A DNA stretch of 63,910 nt, counting the filler, from Diploschistes diacapsis (Eukaryota): assembly GCA_023645945.1 (NCBI GenBank). It is 9 parts of 9 records of this genome, joined end to end, with 100 filler letters (N's around TTAATTAATTAA, not from the genome) between each part and the next. Parts side by side here need not be neighbours in the genome. Positions count along the whole stretch, not along the records: positions 50,205 to 54,719 come from JALAIB010001692.1; positions 54,820 to 59,316 come from JALAIB010001693.1; positions 59,417 to 63,910 come from JALAIB010001694.1; 6 more parts are not named here. The stretch is one strand, 5' to 3'. The notes beneath the pieces were generated by a model that did not search any database, had not been told where the DNA came from, and was given only the letters and a program-made list of their open reading frames with translations. The translations under genes and the position numbers were made by a program. This document shows, one piece after another, positions 51,277 to 63,466 of this stretch. The first letter of the stretch is position 1. Every line of letters starts with the position of its first letter.

Positions 51277-52554
51277 CTAGCCCTCCAGATCTGCACTGCC
51301 ACTCCATACCGGTAGGTCGACGTCGACGACGATGGGTTTGTTGTACCTCTCTCCGCCTGAGCCTTTGTAAGGCCAGCTTGTTGCCATGATAGCTGCGTTA
51401 ATCACGCATGTCTGTTTCCGCCCCACTCTACCCGCCAGAGCCTCTCCATCGCTTCGGCCGGACGTGGGACTGCCTCCTCGGCCACGGATCGCTGAGCCTG
51501 CTTTCTGGGCCTTGCTCTCCGGATTTGCTTTAGTAACATCTTGCGAAGATACCGACTCCTTGCTTCCCGCAGTAGATGGCGTGAGTGAAACTGGTGCGGT
51601 CTGGCCTGACTTCGGACTGCCAAACCTGGAGCTCGTCATGGCCTTGATCTTGAGCTTAGATAGTCGGGGACCAGCTGCTGAGGTGCTTGGCTTTGTTGGC
51701 TCACTGCACTCAAACTGGCCACCAGACCAATCGATAGGCTCGCCGCCTCTGGCACTCAGGTCCAGAAGAGCCTGCTTCTTACTCCCCTCGCTGGGATCGA
51801 CCCAGTACGTCGTGGACATCTCCTTGAAGCTGATGTTGGGGCAGTCCAGGTCCCAAGTAACTAGCTCTGCTCCTCGTGCCTCATGTACATGGCCACATAT
51901 AGACAGGAGCGGCCGCACTCGCCAGAGAGCTCTTCTCAGGCCTTCGCATCCTGCCGGCTCCATATGCTTGGACTCGTCGCAGTGAAACTTGGGTGGCGTG
52001 TGTGTTATCAGAATATCGGTAGCCAGAGGTATCTTGTCCCATAAGTCCTGTGCTCGCTCGGGGGTATACTGGAATGCCCAGTTTCCCTGAGCTAGGGAAT
52101 AGGGCGAACCAAAGACGCTGAACCGCGTGTCCGACCCATCTGGGTTCTTCAGGCGGATGGTCCTACTTCCGTGGTTCAGGTAAGTAATGCTGGTAGATTT
52201 CTCAAGTAGATCGACGGATTCTCTAGGGCTTTGCGGCTGATGCGAATCGAAGTTGGCTTCGTTTTCAGCGTAGAATGCCTCATCCAAGCTGATGTCGTGG
52301 TTGCCTTAGACGCATAAAGGTTCAGCGATAAATGCAATAACCAAACAAGGATGGGATGGCGGACCTGCAACTACTAGCTTAGCCTGAAAGTCGGATCTCT
52401 CAAGCCACTCTATAGTCTTCTTCAGTTCAGCAAGACTGCCTTGCTTTGTCAAGTCCCCCGCGTGTACCAACACGTCGCCGACAGGCAATTTGATGGTAGC
52501 GTTATGCGTATCCGAAATACAGACGAAGCGGATTTTCCTTGTTTCGATGGGCAT
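51277..52554 (-). CDS. Calcineurin-like metallophosphoesterase (MPPED-type), 2 exons
   Basis: CISDTH, HAGDLT, AG/NHD across the intron, THTPP and CGHVHE motifs. Confidence 0.9.
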
Positions 52555-52826
52555 TCCACTTTGCAGGACCGACTTCCACGAGATATAGTGATTACATAGG
52601 TTAAATCTGGTTAACACTTTGATACAGGGACTAGGGCTGAAGCAGGTGATAATCTACTGTACGGGAGCACTGGAGAGCTTGAATAAAAGGACAAGCAACG
52701 CTACGTGGCCTTTCACATGTGATCACCAACTCTCTTAATTAAGAAACAAGTCGACCACGAGACGAAAGTAATGCATGACCTTGCTCCGGGGCATTGTACA
52801 TTTCAATGCAGAAATCGTAGCGCAGC

Positions 52827-54019
52827 TCAACTGTCATAGCCCCAGCCTCTCACAGCTTTCTTTCTCACGTACGATGCTACTGACGCCTCTCATCAATGAC
52901 AGAGCACCTCCGAAGAAGCCTCCTTAGCTGACGATCCCGCTCTATTCGGAGACGCTCTTCTTCATGGAACTGCCGTCCTGAGACATGCAGTCAATCGCCG
53001 TGCCATTGATAGCTCGACTCAGAACCCCTTGCTGTGTAGTGTTTCTATACCAGTTAACCCATGCCGCCTCGGTCTCTTTCAGAGGTTTCCAGCGCCTATG
53101 CTGCGAGCGACTTTCGGTGCGGTCAATTACCCTGTACGGCCAGCTCACGTTTACCACATCCTAGCGCTTTGTCAGGAAGAATAACGCTGGCCATGTGATT
53201 ATCCACAGTTGTAGCATGCTACAAAACCAGTACACAAATCTGTTGCGTCTGAGTCGATTGAGCGAATCCAAGCTTGGTATATTTATAGACCGTGGCATTA
53301 GCTGAAATGGGACTGTGATGCGGCCTCTGTGATTTGTGGAGCGAATGACAGCTTCAATTTCTTCCTTTGGGGGACGCTCAGTTATACGGTGCCGGACAGA
53401 GAACCTGGCTTGGTCAGAATGATCAAACATCAGGATTGACTGCCCACTCATGGTCTAAGCTTCGAACTACTGGAACAGAAAGATGATACTAACTCCCCCA
53501 ACGACGGTTTTACAGCAGCACCCTCTCCATCCACATGCCTTCTCTTATCCCTACTCTTGAGTATTGTGCCTCTGTACGTCTGGTGGTATGCATCACTAGT
53601 ACCGACTGAGCTCCATTCTGGAACAACGATCTCGCCTATCTCGTGGAGCTGTTGACAAGAAATGGTGTCTGTCATATCGAGTTTGATATCAAATCCATCT
53701 TCGTTTATTTCTTGCCGCCCGCGTTACTCTCCGTGTGTTCTCCATGTACCAGAATGTAAGCGCCAGGATGAAACTGCGCATCAGGAACTATCTCTTTCGA
53801 GCTGGTATTACTCTTCTCCTTCTGACGGCACTGGCCCTGCTACAGCAAAGTGTGGATCGTCGTAATAAGGTGGAGAACCTCATTCAGATCATTGAAGTCA
53901 ATGCCCTTATGGAGGGACATTGCTGATGATTGAGATGCAGCATCATCGCGACCAGGCTCATCGCGGTAAGCGCCTGGAGGAGGCTTCAGCTGGCCGAAGA
54001 TGCGAGACGTCTTTCCCAT
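52827..54019 (-). pseudogene. Pseudogene of a conserved fungal hypothetical membrane-associated protein
   Basis: Protein-like segments (MGKTSRIFG..., YILVHGEHTES, FDIKLDMT, TYRGT, IRSTNHRG, LQLWIITWP, ...GWGYDS) are interrupted by in-frame stops (TKR*DVV at 53161-53163, KK*TK, SE*RD) and frameshifts. Confidence 0.7.
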
Positions 54020-54350
54020 ATTTCAGGTGGTGGCCACGAAAAACTGTGAATACGTTTGAAGTCTAGAGACGGCTGGACTGAGAGAAGGAATCTATTACCT
54101 AAAGTCACATGAATCCTCGGGAGGTCGACGAAGAGGTACGCGGCCTTAACCTCGTTACTATCTATCTCGATTGAAGGTGCGGCGTCCATTTTATCGTGGC
54201 GGATGGCGGCCTCGCGTTCCTTGGCCCCCCATAAGGCGAGATATATAGTGTCTCACTCTCCAAGGTTCAGATTTTAGCACATAAACGTTCGGAGGTAAAA
54301 TCTGGTCCAGTATGGACCCAAAACCAAGAGTATATACTGTCTATCAGAGG

Positions 54351-54719
54351 TAGAGTCGTGACCCTAGTACCCGAGCAGACCCTAGTTACCGAGCACGTGA
54401 TACAATAACAAAACTACAATAATAAATATTTAAAATGAAATATCTCTTAAAATGATTAATTTAAAGCCCTATAAATCGAATAGTAGCTATATCTGACCTT
54501 ATAGATTCATCTTATTATGTCTAATCGTCAGCGTCGACAACGCTAGTAATAGGAAGCTTTTTTAAGATAATCAGCCTTCCTTTCGGGATCATCTTTTTAT
54601 TCTTATATATTCTAGTAGTCTGAAGCATTATCAGTCTTTCTTTTTTAATCTGTTTCTATCTTTTCTATCTATTAATTTTATAGAATATTTATTCTTTCGT
54701 TTAACGCGCGTTAGTAGTT
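54351..54719 (+). mobile_element. End of a Tc1/mariner-pogo-like DNA transposon, copy 2
   Basis: Homologous to 14283-14651 (reverse complement). Differences are mostly transitions. Truncated by a linker. Confidence 0.75.
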
Positions 54720-54819
54720 NNNNNNNNNNNNNNNNNNNNNNNNNNNNNNNNNNNNNNNNNNNNTTAATTAATTAANNNNNNNNNNNNNNNNNNNNNNNNN
54801 NNNNNNNNNNNNNNNNNNN

Positions 54820-56372
54820 CTCCGCCTCCTCCCCCTCGTCATCTTTCGGAATCTTGATGACCCGCACGGGCAAGCTCGAGACGAACCCGTGGCCCTGCCT
54901 CGCCATCCTCCGGTACCGCTCCACCTTCTCCAGGTCCTGCCAGACGGGGAGGTGGTAGCCCTTCGTGATCGGGCCGTACGTTTCCGTGAGGCCGTAGACG
55001 TGTACGGGCATCAGGTTCAGCGCCTCCATGCGCTCGAACAGCACGGGCGTGGGCGGGCTCGCAGCAACCGTCACCCGGACCTCCTGCTCCAGCCTCTGGG
55101 CCCCCTTGTCCGCGCAGAGCAGCGTGTTCACCGTCGGCGCCGCGCTGAAGTGCGTGATGCGCTCCTCCTTCAGCAGGCGCCAGATCTCGGGATAATCGAT
55201 CTGCCGAAGACAGTAGTGCGTGCCGCGCGCGGCCGTGACGGCCCAGGGGAAGGTCCAGCCCATGGCGTGGAAGAGCGGGAGCGTCCAGAGGTAGCGCGCG
55301 CGCGACGAGTGGTAGGCGAGGCCGGACTCGATCACGTTGCCGAGGGCGGCGAGGTATGCGCCGCGGTGCGTGTACTCGACGCCCTTGGGGCGGCCGGTGG
55401 TGCCGGAGGTGTAGGCCAGGGCGATGAGGGAGTGTTCGTCAGCACATTGGGCGGAGAGGCCGGCCCAGCCCAGGGAGCCGGCGGTGGTGTCAAGCTGGAG
55501 GCCTTCCAAGATGGCGGCGCAGTAAGGGCCGGAGGACGAGTTGGTGTCGGAGTCGACAAGGATGGGGATCAATGGGTGCGCCTGTCGATATGATGAGAGG
55601 AGAGGCTCGTATGCTGCGTCGACGATGATGGCCTCTGCGTCGGAGTGCCCAAATATGTACGCCACATCGGTAGCCTGGAGACGGTAGTTGACCCCTATTT
55701 GTGGCGCGCAACCAAATCAGCTATCGTGTCTATCACAGCTGGATAAGAGCATTATCTAGTAGACCAGGAATGAAAGCGGAGGTGAAGCGCAAAGGTAGCA
55801 CAATCAATACCTAACACCTTAAGGAGAACTTCAGCAGCATATGCTTAGGTAGCACATGCCACACCTAGCGTAACGTGAAGACCTTCGCAGCATATACCAC
55901 ACCCAGCATCCCAAATAAAGTCTCAAAGCCCGCACTCACCGACATTAACAGCCCCCGCCGCCGCAATCCCAAAAATCGCCTCCAGAAACGCCGGCGTATT
56001 AGGACACAGTATACCCACCTTCCTCCATCCCTTGTGCTTAATATAATACGCCAGCCCCCTAGCGCGGTCGGCGAAATCCCGATATGTTCGGCGGATGATG
56101 GTACTATTTGAGGAGAGGTGGTAGATCGCCAGGGCCTGCGTAGGTCGTCAGCAATGAGGCTAGAAGAGGCGCAAAGGAGGGATTTTAGGGGAGGGTGTGA
56201 TGGGGCAAAATACATCAGGCTCCACTTCCGCTGCGCGAGGGAGGAAGAAGGTGGGTGAGAGCTGGTGAATATGGTGGTTATGCTCGAAGGTATCTATGGC
56301 TGTTGATGTGGCGAGGGAGGAGGTGGTGAAGTGGGAGAGGAGCCTGGCAAGGCGGGATTGGGGTGCGGACAT
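54820..56372 (-). CDS. AMP-dependent acyl-CoA synthetase (AAE/FACL-like), 3' end truncated by linker
   Basis: LSPTFFLPRAA, VN.RL, AMP-binding YTSGTTGRPKGV, LPLFHAMGW and HVYGLTETYGP. N-terminus MSAPQSRLARLLSHF. Confidence 0.92.
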
Positions 56373-56865
56373 GGTGGGGCGGAGAGAGAGAGGTATGTGG
56401 GCATTAGAGTGTATAATACAACATTTGAAGCGCAGTGCATTAAATCTCCTACGTACATGGGATGGATGGATGGGTGAGGTTGTCAAGCATGGCGAGGTTC
56501 ACGCTACCCCGGATAGATGAGGCAGGGATGCGCCGGCTTGAGGGGTAGCCGACGCGTTAGACTTGACGCCGCTTCGAGTTAAGTTGCCCACTAGGATACT
56601 GCCCCTTTCGGCGATTATTCGCGATTATTCTCGGCGATGGCGATTTTCCGGAGGGAAGTCAAGCAAGCAAACCTTCAATCAACGATACTCCGAGTAGTAT
56701 GGTGTAAAGTGCATTCTGAAGAATTAAGATAACCCGTTTGAAGCACACTCTCTTCCCCCCATTGCAAGCAACACAACCACCACATACATCAACCGTACAT
56801 CCGCAGCAATCACACCCCCCACTCCCTCTTATTCCTTGTTGCTTACAGCCCTCGACTCTTATATC

Positions 56866-57308
56866 TCACTTCTTCGCCCCGGAGGGATCATACCAGGCCC
56901 CACCCTGCCCATCGTTATAGTAAGTCGAGCCGTCGTGGTTGGAATAGTAATAGCTGCCATCCTGGTTCGAATAGTGGTAGGCATTATTGTTTGCCGGCGC
57001 TTGGCCGCCAGAGCCGGAGCCGGACGAGCCAGAGTAGTCGCGGGCGCAGTAGTGGTTGCCCTGGCATGTGTCAGAGTTTCTAGGTAATACAAGCTCTGAT
57101 TCGGGATGGATAGCATGGTGGCTTGAGAGAAGTAGTGCGTGCGGTACGTGGATGAATGAAGGACTGGTCAATACAGAACTCGGACTGTAGCTTAGGTACA
57201 GATTGGAAGTGGATCGAGAGCAGGTCTTACCTGCGAGTTCGTCCCGCTGCTCTTGTACGTATAATCACTGGAATTGGAATTCCCGCCGTTGGACTTAGAT
57301 GAAGGCAT
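56866..57308 (-). CDS. Small Ser/Gly/Tyr/Asn-rich conserved fungal hypothetical protein (~90 aa), 2 exons
   Basis: Exon 1 MPSSKSNGGNSNSSDYTYKSSGTNSQ, GT-AG intron ~57230-57061, exon 2 GNHYCARDY...YHYSNQDGSYYYSNHDGSTYYNDGQG. Confidence 0.8.
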
Positions 57309-57560
57309 GATTCTTTGCTTTCGGTCGACAGAGGTCTTTAAAGTTCTTAATATGCTAGTCAGGTCGAAATGGAAACGGTATTGTTACCAATCCTTTTCAG
57401 CCAATAATTATTATCCTTAACCACGACTTTCGAAATTAATTTCTTTATTTAGGGTTTTCAGTTCGGCCAATTAAATATCCTTGATCTACGGTTTTTTTAT
57501 CTACGGTTTTTTCTGCGCCCACAAAGACACTAATCTGCAACTATAGTCCTGCTTTGAATA

Positions 57561-58857
57561 ATGGGTCAGCATTGGCAGGTCATCGCATTCGCCCGACGGG
57601 AGAAGCTTGGATATTCCGGTAAGCTTGGAGAGGTCCTTTTCGATGGATCGCCCTCGTGTCTCGTACTGCCTCTTGCGGTGCCCGTCCTGCCCCAACGGTC
57701 CGGTCTTACTGGAACACCTGACGGAACCTCTCCGGATCTGATGTAAGGTTCGGTCCGTTGCTATCGGGTATGCTTTATTCTGACAATTTTATACAGCGGG
57801 AAACATAATTCAGGAAGAGCTGAGGACCTCACAAAGAGCAATAGTCTATCGCCGGGAAGAGAACCTTGGATCCACAAAGTCCCATTTTATTAAGCGCAAG
57901 CGAGATAATGGTTCAGAGCTCACCCCGAGAGAGAAGAAGTGTCGGAATTTAGCTCTGGATAATATCAACGTTTTACGGGTGGTTAAAAACACATGTAGAT
58001 TGTTAAGGCTCCCAATTGAATTGCTTGATATAATATTTCACAATCTTGATATTGAGCATGTTTTTATCCTCGGCCTCCAGAGTCAACATTTCTGGAACGT
58101 TGCTCGGAAGCATATTCAAGCTTACTACGCGTCTTCCTGCGCACCCTGGGCTGGGGAAGGCATCATATGTGTGGGAGAATACTTGCAGCCTACGGATTAC
58201 CCCCAAAATATACTCTCCGAGAGCGGGAAAAAGGAACTGCAGAAAGGATTGAGCGAAAGTGAAATTTGGCACGACGTTTCGACAGATGAGGGCTCCACGG
58301 ACTTTATTTCCGGCCCAACCAATTTATATTCTCTTGCCGATGCGCGGTACCGACAATCTAGAGAATGGGATCACTGGCTGGGTGATCGTCTAATAGGACG
58401 CGCGGCATTGCTTAAAGAATGGCACCGCCTACCCGAATTGCGCTCATCTCAAATACGCAGCGAATTACGCTGCTACAATCTATCCGATTTCTATCCGGAG
58501 GATCAACCATGGGTCCTTCGAAATCTGACGACGCAGGAATACGTCCGCTCTGAAGCAATCGCAATTAAGCCTGAATACATTCATGGCCCCAATATTGTTG
58601 TTTTGGGCTTTGGCGAAGTTGTCTGGTCACGTATTTGCTGGTCCACGGAAACAGACTGCTCAATGGATTATACAGATAACATACACCGTGGCATATGGGC
58701 TGGGCATCGTTTCGATATTACAACTCTTCACAGACACAAGCAAGGCTCCTTGGAGGGGACTGAATGGAAGGACGTCAGCGAGGAAGTAGCAAATTGGATC
58801 GAGAAAATCTGGCGTAAAGAGTTTGGCAGCAACTGGCGTGATATCATCCAGCGATAG
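57561..58857 (+). CDS. F-box-like fungal hypothetical protein (frame between first and main exon uncertain)
   Basis: N-terminal MGQHWQ...GKLGE.LF segment. Main ORF has LLRLPIELLDIIF (F-box-like), WAG..IICVG.Y, WVLRNLTT.EYVR and RGIWAGHRFDI. Confidence 0.65.
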
Positions 58858-58908
58858 AGACAGCAGTGAGCTTACCCAAGTGCCGGCGTCGCCGGGTGGT
58901 TGGCCAAA

Positions 58909-59012
58909 GGAGAGAGACCAGTCACTAGAGGGAAACTGGTCATAAGAGGGTGACTGGTCGCAGGGAGGAGACTGGTTGCAGAGGGAGACTGGCTACAAGA
59001 GGCGACTGGTGC
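58909..59012 (+). repeat. Minisatellite, about 6 degenerate 16-18 bp units
   Basis: Units resembling GAGGGAGACTGGTCACA(A) occur consecutively. Confidence 0.7.
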
Positions 59013-59416
59013 TTGGATCGGAAGCTTCAAACTCTTAAAAAAGTTAAAGATATTTAATTCTTTTTAAAATTCACGAATTATAATAAATTGCAGTAGATGG
59101 ATATGTGTAGTGTATTGGATTGAATTGTGATGATGATCATCGCTAGCTAGGTGGGCCAGCGAGCACCATATAGCCATAGTGGGCAGCATCATCATAGATG
59201 CTGCTGCAGCGACGTAGCAGCGACGTCAGCTATGCCACTACATAAATAATTTATTTAAAATTATTCCAAAATGATAAAACTTTAAGAAGATTTATAACAA
59301 AAGATCTACCGGTTATNNNNNNNNNNNNNNNNNNNNNNNNNNNNNNNNNNNNNNNNNNNNTTAATTAATTAANNNNNNNNNNNNNNNNNNNNNNNNNNNN
59401 NNNNNNNNNNNNNNNN

Positions 59417-60362
59417 CTCCTCCTCCTCCTCCTCCTCCCCTACCTCCCATCCCGGCCTGCAGCTGCATGTTCAGCTCCGCCCCCACTTCGACCTTCTCCC
59501 CCAGCTTCCTCCAATAGCTCGTGCTCAGCGCGCTCATGCCCGAAAGATTCGCCGTGGCAATCCAGTCGCTCCCCCTGTACTTGGCGACGTAGTTCACCAC
59601 GGTGTCCGGACCGGCGTTCGCGACCTGCCTCTGCCAGACGGCCTCCATTCCGAGCGCCAGCCCCGGCGTGACGGACTGCAGGTAGTGCCCGATGAAGATG
59701 CCCGTCAGGCCGCCGTCGAGCAAAGAGGGGTTGAGCGCTTTTACCGATGCCGAGAAGTCTTTGCCCGTGTAGTCATTGTCGACCTGCACGTTGAATGGGC
59801 CCGGGCCCGAGGCCACCTGGGTCTGCGTGCGGGTCACGAACGAGTCGGTCCAGCGGTAGTTGAAACGGGCGGAGAGTTGGGCGTCGTTGTCGACGGTTGC
59901 GTGACAGAAGACCTGTTACCCCGGACGGATCGACTATTAGCGATAGGTCGGAAGGAAGGGGGAGAGGGGAAGGGAGGAAGATTGGGGCAAATGAATTGGA
60001 TTGATACGGTGACGGACCTTTGGCGTGCCGTAAGACGAGAGGAAGGTATAAGGCGGCAGACCCTGGGAGCCTATGGAGAAGGCGTGCGAGGTTTGGAACA
60101 TGGGCGACGCGGAAAACACCTTGGTGATGTCGGCGCGCATTCCGGTGAACATGGAATTTGTCAGGAAGACATCGCGCTGGACCTCCTTCGACATGCCATC
60201 GACCGTGCCCGGGTTGGACAGGCCGAGGGTGTCCCGTCTGGCTTGGAAGGCGGTGTAAACATTTTGTATACTCGAGAACCACGAGCCACCGCCGGACGAT
60301 GTCGACCGCGCCGGGACCGATACAGGTACAGGCACTGGTGCAATCTTCTCTCCTGTTGCCAT
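59417..60362 (-). CDS. TOM40: Mitochondrial import channel Tom40, 3' end truncated by linker
   Basis: RRDTLGLSNPGTVD..SKEVQRDVFL.N.MFTGMRAD, DYTGKDFSASVKALNPS, YLQSVTPGLALG and YWRKL..KVEVG. One intron at ~59914-60017. Confidence 0.95.
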
Positions 60363-61115
60363 GACGAGTCGAGGTATCAGCGGCCGGTCGCCGCGTTTGG
60401 AAGCGAGGCGAGGCGAGGCGAGAGAGAAGGTTGATCAGACTGACCAGGGAAAAATCTAGAGCATGCAAAAGAGTCTCGGTGGCGGTTTCACGTAGAAATG
60501 GCCTCGAGTGAAAGGAGGGAGTTTTGTAAGAATAACTTATGATACTGCGACGTATGCGCAAGGATGTCCCAAAAATTTTTGAAATGCTAGTTGAAGTGAC
60601 TTGGTGCCAAGCTCATCGGAGATACTGTGCAGCTCCGGGGCCAAAGGGCATCATCTGTATCGATTTCTACAGATGTAACAATACTCTCTTTCTGGAGTCT
60701 TCTTTTGCTTCGTGGGTACAACATGAAAACACTTTAACGTCATACAGACGACAAGCTAAAGACGCGTATACAGCACCTTGGCATGTTGCCGCACGCAAAT
60801 CATGGTTGAGGTTGATGCTCGCCCACGAATTCCAATATCAACCTCCCCTTTCATCCTTTCTTTGACATGCCCTAACGACGAGACGCCCGGCACTTCATAT
60901 GGATCATTAGTAGATCCGGATTTTCTCGATACTGCAGCGAACGAAACACCTGTCTAATATTGATCTGTCGGCCTTCCTGGCGGAATCTTGAATAAGCTTA
61001 AGATTCGCAGAATAATCCTTTGTTGGCACAGTTTAAGATACCTTGATTTATTTGGTTTATAATTCGTCACCCTCGACGTCTGAATGACTATACACCGCTG
61101 AGCTTGTTTCAAACT

Positions 61116-63304
61116 ATGGATACCTTACTGTGCGCTCCATCCTTGAAACATCCTTGTCAGATCCAAGCTCTCAACCGTTCTTATGCAAAGCTGACCATGT
61201 CCCTGTCCCGACAGTACCGCGGAGGTAGCTGCTGCCTCGCCCCGCTACCGGAGGAAATCTAGCACCTTTATCGATGCTGTCCATGACTTGCCGGCGCGGG
61301 TGGAAATGGCTCCGGCCCAGCTCTACAGTACCGAGTCCGGACGCCTCTTCCATGCCGGAAAGATAGCCATTGCTACCGTCGGCCTTCCTGCAAGGGGCAA
61401 GACGTAGGTTTCCTCGTTCCATCACGAGTCTTGGTCCCTCTAACGAGCTCAGTCACATATCTGTAGCTCTAACCCGCTATTTACGCTGGTAAGCAGATCG
61501 AGCAAGACTAGAAGCATTCATACGGGCTTCTAATACCGCTGTTGCATTGCAGGTTGGGAGTAAAGACCAGGGCTTTCCACTTGGGAGACTATCGGAGAGC
61601 AACCATGGCCCCAGGGCAGGAAGTTCCAGACGATTACTTCTTTGTCAATGGTGAGCATCTCCGCGTGAGCTAGGCAAGCCCGCGGTCATGGTATTGGTGG
61701 AATGCCGCGATTGGGTCTGGGACCTATCTATTGCAGTCTCGATACTAATAACTGGCTGCTGCAGCATCCGCCTCGTCCGTTCTATTGAGACAGAAGATAT
61801 TGCGAAAGTGCCGCGAAGATATCTATCAGTTTTTTGACCGCGAGAATGGGCAGGTCGCCATCTATGATGCCGTCAACCCTCTTGCTTCCGGAAGGAGGAC
61901 ATTGGCCAAGGAGTTCGCCAAGCATGGCATCCAGGTACGAGCCCCTCAAGATGCTCGGTGTGAAGCTTTTTGGCTAGGATTGACCCTTTTCAGACGCTCT
62001 TTATCGAATCAGTGTGTAACGATCAAGCCATCATCGAGGAGAACGTCAGAAACGTGAAGATTTCCTCTCCAGACGTGCGTGCATAGCTTTTGTTGAACCC
62101 GCCAGACTAAATTTTTGGCAGTATGTCGGTTGGTCCCCTGCAGACGCGGTGCAGCATTACCTCGCCAGGATGAAAGCAAAGATTCCCCATTTTGAGACCA
62201 TGGAGGAACGGGACCTGAATTACATCAAGGTGAACACTGCCGCGGGAACTTCGTCCAAGTCTTAGATTAAATATATACTAGATGATTGATGCAGGCGACA
62301 AGCTCGTTGTCAACAATTGCTCTTTTGGCTACATCTCTCGTAGAATTGTATTCTACCTGCTAAATCTGCATATCAAGAAGAGACATGCGTATTTCGTCAG
62401 GGTATGTTTCTGCAGTTCTTCTTGATATCCCCTACTTGACTATTGCTAGGCTGGCACGGCAAGTGAAACATCGTACAAATCAGACGGTAGCCTTTCGGAA
62501 AAGGGCGTCGACTACGCCAAGAAAATGACCGAGACTCTGCTGAAACATCGCGAATCGGAGCGCCAGGCACAGATAGCCTTGGACGGGGTTGCCCACGAGT
62601 TGAAACCGTTGACTGTGTGGACGTCGACAAGACGAAGAACGGTCGAGACGGCACGGTTTCTTCATGCGGCCGGTTTCCGGATCAGACAGCGTTCGCAAAT
62701 GAGCCAGTTGAATCCGGGGGTATGCGAAAAGATGTCGGAGCGCCGTATCCGTGAGAAGTTCCCAGAAGAGGTGGCAAAGCACGAAGCCGACCCTTATCAC
62801 CATCGATATCCGAGGGCCGAGGTAGGTCTGAAGTACGCATTCCACCCCGTGCGCGCTAACAGAGTCCAGTCGTACCATGATCTTGCGGTCCGATTAGAGC
62901 CTATCATTTTGGAACTTGAGAGAGAGCAGAACGACCTGCTAATCATAGCGCATGAGAGCGTCCTGCGGGTTCTCTATGGCTACTTGATGGCATGCAACGC
63001 ACCCGACATTCCCACCCTATCCTTTCCGAGAAACGAGATCATCGAGATTGTGCCAGCTAGCTACGATAACAAGGCCAAGCGCATCAACATTGGGGATCTT
63101 CCACCGGAGATGATTCCAAGTTCACCGGAAGGCATCAAGATTCCCGTGCCCCCAAGCGGAGCCATGACCCCCGTTACCATTGGCGATCCGCGGTCAGGGG
63201 CCCAGTCTCCGGTCGAAGGAGCCAGGACGCCGCTGCAGTCACGTTCGCCCGAACTCGGTCAGGGGACACATTTGCTTGTTGAGCGAGCTTTGAGGGGAGC
63301 CTGA
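61116..63304 (+). CDS. 6-phosphofructo-2-kinase/fructose-2,6-bisphosphatase family protein (YLR345W-like), multi-exon
   Basis: P-loop VGLPARGKT, FHLGDYRR, AIYDAVN, RIVFYLLNLH, VWTSTRRRT, RYPRAESYHDLAVRLEPIILELER and IIAHESVLR. Confidence 0.92.
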
Positions 63305-63466
63305 GAGGGAATGTCTGCGGCCACTGGCGGAAAGCCCGGAAAGCCCAGAAAGCCTCCGGCGACGCCATCCGCATGCATATTATACCATAGAATTTCTGAA
63401 TCCAGGCCAATCGCCGCCGATTTAGCAGCCATTTGTCGTAAATAGACCCCCCACATGAAATCAAAT

